Origin: an uncultured delta proteobacterium
GTDB taxonomy: Bacteria > Myxococcota_A > UBA9160 > UBA4427
Assembly: GCA_963822965.1 (NCBI GenBank)
Contig: CAWGJT010000005.1
Coordinates: 1-64,000 of the forward strand
DNA: 64,000 bases
Direction: 5' to 3'
The first letter of the stretch is position 1. Each line of letters starts with the position of its first letter. The notes beneath the pieces are model-generated. The model was not told where the DNA came from, did no database searches, and worked only from the letters and a program-made list of their open reading frames with translations. The translations under genes and the position numbers were made by a program. Positions 19,701 to 31,143 of the stretch are shown here, one piece after another.

Positions 19701-20881
19701 GCGCGCGGGCCTCCGGCGGACATGCGGGCAGCGAGCTCCGGCAGCACCCGCCCCAGGCGCTCCAGCCCCTCGTCGATGTGCGCCTCGGAGACCGCGTAGC
19801 AGAAGCGCAGCATACCCTCGCCCGCCGGCCCGAAGTCGATGCCCGGCGTGGTGCCGACCCGGGCGCGCTCGAGCAGGTCGAAGGCCAGGGCCAGGGAGTC
19901 GCTGCCGAAGCGGCTGGCGTCGGCCAGCACGTAGAAGGCGCCGTCCGGGGCGCGGGGCATCCCGAAGCCCAGCTCGCGCAGGCCCGCCACCATCCGGTCC
20001 CGACGGCGGCCGTACACGCGCTGCATCTCGGCGACGGTGGGGGCCCCGTGCTCCAGGGCGGCGATGCCCGCCCGCTGCACGAAGGCGGAGACCGAGATGA
20101 AGAGGTTCTGGGCCAGGATGCGCGCCGGACGCAGCGCCCACTCGGGCAGCGACCACGTAGCCCAGCCGGAAGCCCGTCATCGCGTAGCGCTTCGAGAAGC
20201 CGTCGAGGACGAAGCCCTCGCCCGAGACCGAGAGCGCCGAGGTGGTCCGCACGTCGCCGTAGACCAGCCCGTCGTAGATCTCGTCGGAGACCAGGGGCAC
20301 GCCCAGGGCGGCCAGCGCCCGCATGGTCTCCGCCGGCTGCACCGCCCCGGTCGGGTTCGCGGGCGAGCCCACCACGATGGCCGCGGTCCGCGGCGTGAGG
20401 GCGCGCCGGACGGCGTCCACGTCCAGGTGGTGGCCGGCGGCCGGGTCGGTCCGGACGGGCACGGGCACCCCGCCGCAGAAGCGCACGAAGTTCGGATAGC
20501 AGGGATAGTGGGGGGTGGGCACGATCACCTCGGCGCCCGGCTCGATCAGCAGCGAGAAGGTGAGCAGCATGGCCGGGGACGTGCCCGCCGTCACCAGCAC
20601 CCGGTCCGGCGAGACCGATACCCCGTGGCGACGCTCGAGGTCGGAGGCCACGGCCTCGCGGAGCGGCGGCATGCCGCGGCTGTCGGTGTAGCGGATCTCG
20701 CCCCGGTCGCAGGGCGTCGCGACAGGCGGCGAGAACCTGGCGGAGGAGGCTGGAAGTCGGGCTCGCCCAGCTCGAAGTGGACGACGGACTCGCCCGCGCG
20801 CTCCATCTCGCCGGCGCGCTCCATCACTTCCATGGCCAGGAAGGGCTGGAGGCCCTCCAGGTGGCGCGGGTGGCGAGGCAT
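19697..20881 (-). CDS. PLP-dependent aminotransferase class I/II (frameshifted)
   Basis: FELGEPDF, SPANPTG, SDEIYDGL, DGFSKRYAMTGFRLGY, GAFYV. Confidence 0.9.
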
Positions 20882-20916
20882 GGGCCCGGGATACCGGGGC
20901 CGCTTCGCGGAGTCAA
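20882..20916 (-). promoter_or_regulatory. Putative sigma70 promoter for a leaderless transcript
   Basis: Minus strand TTGACT-17bp-TATCCC-6nt-ATG. Confidence 0.5.
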
Positions 20917-21047
20917 CCCGCATGCAACACCATGTGGCGCCATAACTCTCTGTTTTGATTGGCCTTTTCAGATCGTTGGGTTTGACGCCCGAGAGGCCCG
21001 GTGATACCCTCGCTGTCTCATCCAGCCAGCCCCCCGAAGGCGAGGTC

Positions 21048-21561
21048 ATGTCGAGTCCCCCGCAAGACTCCCCCCCGTCCGGATTCTCGAAGGGCGCCCA
21101 GATCGCACTGGGCGCGCTGCTCGTCGCGGCGCTGCTCGGCTGGTACGGCTACACGAACCTGGGCGACACCAGCTCGTTCACCTACTACCAGACCCTCGAG
21201 GAGTTCCAGGCGGCCGACCCGTCGCACCTCGAGCCGGGCCTTGCGCGTGCACGGCTACGTGGCGAACGAGTCCATCGAGCGCGACCTCCCGGGCAAGGTG
21301 ATCCGGTTCACCGTGCAGAACGATCCGCCGCACAAGGCCGTCGCGAGCGCCAGCGACGCACGCCTCCCGGTCGTGTACCGCAGCCTCGAGACGCCGGACC
21401 TCTTCAAGGACGGCGCCGAGGTCGTGGTGGAGGGCCGTCTGGAGGGCCACGGGGACGCGACGGTCTTCGTCGCGGACAACGTGATGGCCAAGTGTCCGTC
21501 GAAGTTCCAGGCGCAGGCCGCAGCCGGTGGCGTCCCCCGAGCCGGGGCCGAAACCCTCTGA
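21048..21561 (+). CDS. ccmE: Heme chaperone CcmE, Cys variant (frameshift near 21230)
   Basis: N-terminal TM, LRVHGYV, PDLFKDGAEVVVEG, MAKCPSKF. Confidence 0.9.
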
Positions 21562-21647
21562 AGAACGGGCGCTGACGCGCTCCCTCCGGTCGAGACGCGA
21601 CCGGAGCCGCCAAACGAACCGTCGCATCACGCACCCCGGAGAAGACC

Positions 21648-23617
<1,970 letters not shown>

Positions 23618-23621
<4 letters not shown>

Positions 23622-25610
23622 CGAGAAGCCGCTCCGGGGGCCGAACGCCGTCGTCGCTCCGGCCGATCGCGCGTGCGCTCTGCCCGAACCCGCCGCCGCG
23701 AGCCGCAGGCGGCCTGCTCTCGGGCCTGCTGCTGGGGCTCTTCCTGGTCTGGGCCGCCGGCGCCCAGGCCCAGGGCTCACCGCATCCGGCCATGGCGGGC
23801 GGCGGTCCCTCGTCGCTGCCGACGGGCGACGGCAGCGTTCGCGGCGTGATCGTGGACGAGGCGAATCCGGGCGCCACGGCCGATCTCCCCGTCGCCCTCT
23901 ACGCCCTGCAGCCCGACGGCACGCCCGGTCTCGGCAGCACGAAGACCGGCGCCGACGGCAGCTTCGAGTTCGCGGACGTCGCGAGCGATCCGGGCATCGT
24001 CTACCTCGTGGGCGTCCGCTACGAGGAGGTGCCGTACGGCGAGCGCACCGCCTTCGTGCCCGGGCAGCGCGAGATCAGCGTGCGGATCCCGGTGGAGAAG
24101 CCGACGACGGACACCTCGGGCGTGCGGGTGCTCGAGAAGACCCTGCGCATCGAAGCCCTGGGCACGCGCCTCTCCGTGCAGGAGACCCAACGCGTCGAGA
24201 ACTCCCACGGCGCGCCGATCTACGTTCCGCCGGCCGCGAGAAGCGGGAAGTCGGCCCCGTTCCGGGCGCAGCTGCCCGAGGGCGCCGTCGACGTGCAGGC
24301 GGGCATCTTCAACGCCGACGAGAGCTTCGACCACCAGGGCGACGCGCTCGCCTACTGGGGTCCCCTGTATCCCGGCGAGCAGGAGATCCGCTACGGCTAC
24401 CAGCTGCCCGTCGCGGCGGGCGCATCCGACCTCACCCTGCGCGAGCGCCTGCCGCTGGGCGCGGGGCGGGTACGGGTGCTGACCGCAGAGCACGGTCCCC
24501 GGGTCGAGGCGAAGGGATTCTCCCCGGGCAAGGCCGAGGAGGTGGACGGCCAGAGCCTCGCCTCCCTCGTGGGCGGGGCCCACGCCCCCGGCGACAGCCT
24601 CACGCTACACATCCAGGTGCCGGAGACCGTGCGGGACCCGAGCGCCGTGTCTCTCGGCGGCGCCGAGCTGTCCATCGAGCTCGACGACACCGTGCTGGAG
24701 GTGACCCAGACCCAGCGCATCGTGGTGGCGCCCGGCGCCCACGTCGCGGGCGCTCCCGGCGATCCGCTGCTGCACTTCGAGCTGCCCCTGCAGGCCGAGC
24801 TGGTGGGCGTCTCGAGCGACGCCGGGCAGCTGGGCATCACCCCCGTGGACCACGGCATCGACGTGGTGGGCCCGCTGGGACCGGGCGACCACGACTTCGC
24901 GTTCCGCTACCGCATTCCCGCCGTGAACGGTGACGCCAGCCTCGACCTGCGCTTCCCGCGCATGCTTCCCACCCTGCTGCTGCGCGCGGCGGACACGGGG
25001 CTCGTGATCGAGAGCGACCGGCTGCACCGCCTGCGACCCCAGGCCATGGGAACGCGCACCTGGATGCTGCGCGAGGCCTTCCACCTGGAGCCCGACGAGG
25101 TGGTGAAGGTGCGCTTCACGGCTCTCGACCGCGGCGGCAGCTCGCACGTGGCCGCCATCGGCTTCGTGCTCGCGGCGGCCGCCTTCGTGCTGCTCTTCGT
25201 GGTGAGCCCCCTGCGCAGGACGCGGGCGGCGGTTCCGGCCGAGGAGCCCGAGCGCACCGGCCTGGCCCACGAGCGCGACCTCGTCTACGCGACCCTGCGC
25301 GACCTCGAGCACGACTTCGAGACGGGCAAGGTGGCGGCGGAGGACTACGAGCAGTCGCGCGCGGAGCTGCGCACCCGGGCGGTGGACCTGATGCGCGAGG
25401 AGCACAGCGCGCCGGTCGCCGGTCCGCCGGTGGCGGCGGTCGCCGCCGTCGCGGACGTCGAGACCCGGGATGCACCGCCCGCGGTCGTCCCCACCAGCCT
25501 CTTCTGCCCGGCCTGCGGCGGTCGCGTGGACGACGTCCTGGCGCTTCTGCTCGCACTGCGGCGGCGAGCTGCATCCCGCCGAGGCCGCCGGATCGGAGCC
25601 CGCCGGGTGA
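23618..25610 (+). CDS. Ccm-associated membrane protein: carboxypeptidase-regulatory-like domain, two repeated periplasmic domains, TM, CcmI-like helix, zinc ribbon
   Basis: GSVRGVI..TKTGADGSFEF; LRDLEHDFETGKVAAEDYEQSRAEL; FCPACGG...FCSHCGG (frameshift near 25535). Confidence 0.7.
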
Positions 25611-26353
25611 CTCCCGCGCCTCCGCCGATCGAGGTCTCCGCTCGCTCGGTCGAGAAGCGCTTCGGGGCGGTGGCGGCGTTGCGCGGGGTCGACGTCGACG
25701 TCGTCGGCGGCCAGGCGCTGGCGGTGCTGGGGCCCGAACGGCGCGGGCAAGTCCACCCTGCTGCGAATCCTCGCCGGGCTCTGCCGCCCCTCCTCTGGCA
25801 GCGTGTCCGTCCGGCGCGACGGTCGCGCCGCCACCGGACGCGGGGCCGCGGGCGCGCCTGGGTGGGCTTCGCGGGCCACGCCACCCTGCTCTACCCCGAG
25901 CTCAGCGCGCGCGAGAACCTCGTCTTCCACGCGCGCCTGCAGGGCATCGCCGACCCGGGCCGCCGAGCCGACCGGCTGCTCGCCGAAGAAGGGCTCGAGA
26001 CGGTGGCGGAGCGCCGGGCCGGCACCTTCTCCCGGGGCATGGCCCAGCGCCTGTCGATCGCCCGTGCGCTGGTGCAGGACCCCCCGCTGGTGCTGCTCGA
26101 CGAGCCCTTCACCGGGCTCGATCGGCGGGCCGGAGACCGGCTCTCGAGCCGGCTGCGCGCGCTGCGGGACGAAGGACGCGCAGTCGTGCTCGTCACCCAC
26201 GACCTGCTGCGTGCCAGCGAGATCGCCGACCGCGCCGTGATCCTGCTGGCGGGTCGGATCCTCCACCGTGCCGAGGGCGGCGACCTCGAGCGCGCGGCGC
26301 TCGAAGCCGCATACGCCCGCGCGCTCGAGCCCGCGGCCGGTGCGCCCGCATGA
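25607..26353 (+). CDS. ccmA: Heme ABC exporter ATPase CcmA (frameshifted)
   Basis: GPNGAGKSTLL, LYPELSARENL, FSRGMAQRLSIARAL, LLDEPFTGLD. Confidence 0.9.
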   Translation: MTPAPPPIEVSARSVEKRFGAVAALRGVDVDVVGGQALAVLGPERRGQVHPAANPRRALPPLLWQRVRPARRSRRHRTRGRGRAWVGFAGHATLLYPELSARENLVFHARLQGIADPGRRADRLLAEEGLETVAERRAGTFSRGMAQRLSIARALVQDPPLVLLDEPFTGLDRRAGDRLSSRLRALRDEGRAVVLVTHDLLRASEIADRAVILLAGRILHRAEGGDLERAALEAAYARALEPAAGAPA

Positions 26354-27016
26354 GGGTGCTCGCCGCCATCCTGTGGAAGGACCTGGTGACCGAGTGGCGC
26401 TCCCGCGACCGGGTGGTGGCCATGCTCGTCTTCTCGCTGCTCGTCGTCATCGTCTATCCACTTCGCCCTGCCCGAGGGCACGGGCAGCGACGTCGCCACC
26501 CACACCCCGGGCCTGCTGTGGGTGGCCTTCATCTTCGCCGCCCTCATCGGACTGAACCGGGCGTTCGCGATGGAGCTCGAGAACGATGCCCTGGCAGGCC
26601 TCGCCCTGGCCCCGGTGGACCGCGGCTGGGTGTTCCTCGGCAAGGCGATCTCGAACGTGCTGCTGATCGGCATCGTCCAGGCCCTGTCGGCCGCCGCCTT
26701 CGCGTTCGTCTTCGACCTCGACCTGCTGGCGAAGGCCCCCGCCCTGGCCGGCGTCTTCGCGCTGGGCACCCTCGGCATCTCGCCGGTGGGCACCCTGTTC
26801 AGCGCCATGGCGGTGCGCACGCGCTTCCGGGAGGTGCTGCTGCCGATCCTGCTGCTTCCCGCCCTCTTCCCCGTCCTGGCGGGCGCGGTGGCGGGCACCG
26901 CCGAGGTGCTTCGCGACGGGGCCCCCTCCTTCGAAACCCTGCAGCTGCTGCTGGTGGTCGATGGCATCTACTGGATCATCTGCTTCATTGGCTTCGAGTA
27001 CGTGCTCGACGAGTGA
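26350..27016 (+). CDS. ccmB: Heme exporter permease CcmB (frameshifted)
   Basis: ILWKDLVTEWRSR, GLLWVAFIFA, REVLLPILLLP, FEYVLDE. Confidence 0.92.
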
Positions 27017-27087
27017 CCGAACGGACCCCGCATGGACGACCCCACCCACGACCCGATGAAGGACCCGATGAAGGAAAGGCAGCCCGC

Positions 27088-27861
27088 ATGACCCCGCCTC
27101 CCTCGACTGGAAACGCGCCCCCGCCCCCTCGAAACGCGCCCGTGCCGTCGGCCGCGCTCGGGCCGGTCGCCGCCCGGCTGCGGACGATCACGGGCGCCCT
27201 GCTGGGCGTGCTGGTCGTCGCCTATGCCTTCGCGGTGGTGAGGGCCCCCATCGACAGCGTGCAGGGGGTCATCCAGAAGATCCTCTACGTGCACCCCCCG
27301 CTGGCCTACGGCGCGTACCTGGGGTTCGTGGTGACGGCCGTGTGCGGCGGGCTCTACCTCTGGCGCGACGACGAGCGATGGGACCGCCTCGCCATCGCGG
27401 GCGCCGAGGTGGGCGTGATCTTCTGCAGCCTGATGATCGTCACCGGCCCGATCTGGGCCCGGGGCACCTGGGGCCGGTGGTGGTCCTGGGATCCGCGCCT
27501 GACGGTCACCCTGCTGCTGTGGTTCGTCTACCTCGCCTACCTGCTGCTGCGCAACTTCAGCGGCGGCGGCTCCCGCACGGCTCGGTTCGCCGCGGTCTAC
27601 GGTCTGGTGGGCGCCGTGCTGATTCCCCTCAACTACTTCGTGATCGAGATCTTCGGGGGCCGCGGCATGCACCCCGAGAACCTCGAGCGGGGAAGCCTCG
27701 GCGCGGGGATGGGCCTGCCGTTCCTGCTCGGGAACCTCACCCTCTTCTTCGCCTTCGCGTGGCTGCTGCTGCTGCGCTGGGAGGTGGAGAGCCTGCGCGC
27801 CCTGGGAGACCTCCGGAACGTCGACCCCATGGCCCGCGCGCGCGAGGAGATCGCCTCGTGA
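27088..27861 (+). CDS. ccmC: Heme exporter CcmC
   Basis: QKILYVHPP, TGPIWARGTWGRWWSWDPRLT (WWD domain), MHP. Confidence 0.93.
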   Translation: MTPPPSTGNAPPPPRNAPVPSAALGPVAARLRTITGALLGVLVVAYAFAVVRAPIDSVQGVIQKILYVHPPLAYGAYLGFVVTAVCGGLYLWRDDERWDRLAIAGAEVGVIFCSLMIVTGPIWARGTWGRWWSWDPRLTVTLLLWFVYLAYLLLRNFSGGGSRTARFAAVYGLVGAVLIPLNYFVIEIFGGRGMHPENLERGSLGAGMGLPFLLGNLTLFFAFAWLLLLRWEVESLRALGDLRNVDPMARAREEIAS

Positions 27862-27986
27862 GCTACGTCGTCGCGGCCTACGGTGTGACCGCCGTCACCC
27901 TCGTCCTGTATGCGATCCACCTGCTCCGGGAGCGCTCCCGCGAACGAAAAACCCTCGCCGCAGGTCAAGAATCAAATAACGGTTGA
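27858..27986 (+). CDS. ccmD: Heme exporter CcmD
   Basis: MSYVVAAYGVTAVTLVLYAIHLLRER; 42 aa directly after ccmC. Confidence 0.8.
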   Translation: MSYVVAAYGVTAVTLVLYAIHLLRERSRERKTLAAGQESNNG

Positions 27987-28484
27987 CACGCCCCCGAGGC
28001 AGGCGCAGTATACGGGCGCGGATCGCGCGTAAGTGCCAGTGTAAGCGTAGGATTTCAGCTGCCCGACCGGTGCTTCCCGCGATTCGAAATCACTTTCCGG
28101 ATTGGCCCGAACCCCCGGCTGTCAAAGCATTTGCGCGGCCCGTGCGAGCCCTGCCAGACGTCGCGGATTCGAGTCGTCGACCCGGCGAATGCAAAGCGTG
28201 ATCGAGTGCGGTCCGAGTGCGATCGAAGCATGAAAACTCCGTGCGGAACCACCCGAAAGCAGGAAGCGTCGATCCTCGGAGCGTGCGGGGCGCCGTGACG
28301 TCAGGTCCGAAAATCTCTGCGCGGCAGCTCGTCGGCCGGCGGTCCGGCGGTAGTCCGCTTCTCAATATCCCCCAGGTCCGTCCTGGAGCACGACGGAGCG
28401 AGTTCTCGAGAACCAGCAGGGAGTAGGCAAAACCAGCATACAACCCGGCGCCCCCCAGCCGGTCCGGCGCCGACTCGGACCCAA

Positions 28485-28500
28485 CGGCACGACGCTTGCT
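28485..28500 (+). promoter_or_regulatory. Sigma54 (-24/-12) promoter
   Basis: CGGCACGACGCTTGCT matches GG-N10-GC and the TGGCAC-N5-TTGCW consensus. Confidence 0.7.
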
Positions 28501-28621
28501 TCATCCGGCCTCGAACGATCGGCCGGGTAGCGAGAGGCGAGCGCGGTACCCGGACCTCGGAGAGATCCGAGAGCTCCGGGCCCGCGAGTCCGAGTGAGTG
28601 AGAGAGGAGGCATCCGAAGGG

Positions 28622-29119
28622 ATGGCCAGCATGAAGCGCGGCGTCGGATACTGCGAGAACACGGATTGCGAGGACTACGCCAAGGGCGTCTTCCTCCTCA
28701 ACCACGGTGACACGTTCTACTGCCCCCGCTGCCGCCAGCTCGGCAAGGTCGAGAAGGAGCGCGGCTTCTACACGGGCAACTCGGACATCTTCAAGGAGGT
28801 CCGGGTCGAGTACAACTTCGATCCGATCAACGGCGTCTATCGCGAGATCGCCATCGTTCGCGACGAAAGCCTCTGGGGCCGCAACAACGTGTACACCCTG
28901 CAATCGCCGCTGATCAAGACCGAGAAGCGCGCGCTCAAGGTCGCCGAGGCCATCCTCGCCAACCTGAACCGCTACCGCGGCCTGATCAACGGCGACGACA
29001 TCCCGCGGACCACCGAGATCATCCTCTCCTTCGACGACCCCTTCGAAGAGTTCTCGCGCAAGCTGCAGCAGCTCTCGAAGGAGTGGGAGGCCAGCGGGCT
29101 GCGCGAGCAGCGCCGCTAG
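28622..29119 (+). CDS. Conserved-looking hypothetical protein with a C-x4-C...C-x2-C zinc finger
   Basis: GAGGAGG RBS, clean ORF, strong C-ending codon bias; YCENTDC...YCPRC. Confidence 0.85.
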   Translation: MASMKRGVGYCENTDCEDYAKGVFLLNHGDTFYCPRCRQLGKVEKERGFYTGNSDIFKEVRVEYNFDPINGVYREIAIVRDESLWGRNNVYTLQSPLIKTEKRALKVAEAILANLNRYRGLINGDDIPRTTEIILSFDDPFEEFSRKLQQLSKEWEASGLREQRR

Positions 29120-29179
29120 CAGTACCCAAGACCGTTCCAAGAGGGTTCCAGAAGCCCCGGGTTCGCTACCTCACAGGCT

Positions 29180-29809
29180 TCAGGGCTCCGAAGATGCGCC
29201 CCCGTCGTTCGCGGCGGGGGCGCTCTCGTCTGCGAGACCGGCGAGATCGCCCCGCAGCCGCATCGCGAGGTCGATGCGGAGGCCCGCCAGGATGCTCGCG
29301 AGCCCCTGGCGCTCGCGTCGTGCCACGGGCGTCGCCTCCGGCGATCCGCGTCGCGCAGCGGCTGGCGATACCAGGGGAAGAGGGTGCTCCGGCAGCTCGC
29401 GGGCGTCGAACCAGCGGACGGCGCGGGTCTCGCGGCTCGTGCGCAGACGACCACCCACCACCCGGCAGGCGTAGACGCGGGCCAGATGGGGCCGGAAGCC
29501 CGTGCGCTGGTAGTCGCCCACGTGCCGCACCACGGCGACCTCGAGCCCCGTCTCCTCGCGCACCTCCCGCCGCAGGGCTGCCTCGGGCGCCTCGAGCCCC
29601 TCGACCGTGCCGCCGGGAAGCTCCCAGCCGCGCAGGTCGCTGCGGACCGCCAGCAGCACGCGAGGGCCGTCGCGGACCACCGCCTGCACCACCAAGAGCA
29701 ACCGCCGTTCGGTGTGGGGTGCCACCAGTCCCCACCAGGCGAGGCGCGCGTACACGATCCCGGCCCGGCCGAGATCGCGCAGGCGCTGCATCGTGCGCGG
29801 CGAACTCAC
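29180..29809 (-). CDS. NUDIX hydrolase (frameshifted)
   Basis: WELPGGTVEGLEAPEAALRREVREETGL Nudix box. Confidence 0.88.
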   Translation of the reverse strand: MSSPRTMQRLRDLGRAGIVYARLAWWGLVAPHTERRLLLVVQAVVRDGPRVLLAVRSDLRGWELPGGTVEGLEAPEAALRREVREETGLEVAVVRHVGDYQRTGFRPHLARVYACRVVGGRLRTSRETRAVRWFDARELPEHPLPLVSPAAARRGSPEATPVARRERQGLASILAGLRIDLAMRLRGDLAGLADESAPAANDGGASSEP

Positions 29810-29828
29810 CGGACGATCCGACGCGGAC

Positions 29829-30720
29829 TCAGTGAACGATCTTGGTCAGGGGTGTTTCGATGATGCCGCGCGCACCCGCGTCGGCGAGCTGGGGGATGAT
29901 CTCGCGCACCACCCGCTCGTGCACGACGGTCGTCGACCTCCACCCAGCTGTCGTCGGCCAGGGGCGCCAGGGTGGGCGTGTTGAGGGCCGGCAGCAGCTC
30001 GAGCACCTTCGAGAGGCGGTCGCGCGGGACGTTCATCGACAGGTTCACCTGGCTGGCGGCGGCGATGGCGCCCAGCATCAGCAGCCGCAGCTGCTCCATC
30101 TTGGCGCGCTTCCAGGGGTCCGCGGACGCGTCGCGGTTGGCGAAGAAGCGGGGGGTGCTGTGGAGCACCACGTCGATCACCTCGAGATCGTTGGCCCGCA
30201 GGCTCGCGCCGGAGTCCGTGATGTCGAGAATGGCATCCGCCAGCACGGGAGGCTTCACCTCGGTGGCGCCCCAGGAGAACTCGATGCTGGCCTTCACGCC
30301 CTGCTCCTGGAAGTAGCGCTCGGCGAGCCCGACCGCCTCGCTCGCGATGCGCTTGCCCGCCAGGTCCTGCACCGACGCGAACCCCGAGCCGCGCTTGGCG
30401 GCCAACACCCAGCGGATCGGCGTGTAGTTGGGCCAGGGCGCCTCGAGATCGGCGATCTCGACCACGTCGACGCGGTTCTCCTGAATCCAGTCGTGGCCGG
30501 CGATGCCGCAGTCCATGGCGCCCTGGGCGACGTAGCGCGCCATCTCCTGGGGGCGGATCAGGATGCACTCGATCTCGGGATCGTCGATCGACGGAAAGTA
30601 CGAGCGGCTCGAGTAGCGCACGTCGAAGCCCGCACGCGCGAGCAGCTTCTGGGTGGTGTCCTGCAGGGTGCCCTTGGGCAGTCCCAGCCGCAGGCAGGGC
30701 GGGGTCTTCTCGGAGCTCAT
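29829..30720 (-). CDS. hisG: ATP phosphoribosyltransferase, long form (frameshift near 29935)
   Basis: LGLPKGTLQ, LIRPQEMARYV, FSWGATEVKPP, DITDSGASLRANDL; C-terminal ACT domain. Confidence 0.95.
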
Positions 30721-30740
30721 CGGTCGGGGTCTCCCGGGAT

Positions 30741-31130
30741 CTACTTCTTGCCGTAGACCTGTGCGGGGTCGAAGAGGGGCTCGCTCACGACCCGGTAGTC
30801 GCCGTCTTCCAGCTTTCGGAAGAAGCAGCTGCGACGACCCGTGTGACAGGCGGCGCCGCCCTTCTGCTCGATCTTCAGCAGCACGACGTCTCCGTCGCAG
30901 TCGATGTGGATCGACTTGACCTGCTGGGTGTTGCCGCTCTCCTCCCCCTTGTGCCAGAGCTTGCCGCGCGATCGGCTCCAGTAGTGGACCTCGCCCGTCT
31001 CGACGGTGCGGTCGAAGGACTCCTCGTTCATGAACGCCACCATCAGGACCTCGCCGGTGGCGTCGTCCTGGGCGATCGCGGTGACGAGGCCGCCGCCCTT
31101 CTCGAAGTCGAGCTCGCGCTTGGGATCCAT
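30741..31130 (-). CDS. hisI: Phosphoribosyl-AMP cyclohydrolase
   Basis: [33 protein letters not shown]. Confidence 0.95.
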   Translation of the reverse strand: MDPKRELDFEKGGGLVTAIAQDDATGEVLMVAFMNEESFDRTVETGEVHYWSRSRGKLWHKGEESGNTQQVKSIHIDCDGDVVLLKIEQKGGAACHTGRRSCFFRKLEDGDYRVVSEPLFDPAQVYGKK

Positions 31131-31143
31131 GGGGGCGGCGAGC

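Noticed and set aside
19101..20672. Aminotransferase-EngB fusion
   Set aside because: Frameshift near 20140; the true aminotransferase C-terminus is in 19697..20080 and ends at the engB GTGA
28300..28390. TCAGGTCCGAAA and CCAGGTCCG resemble the start of the SRP RNA helix 8 motif
   Set aside because: The required GGAAGCAGC half and its pairing are missing
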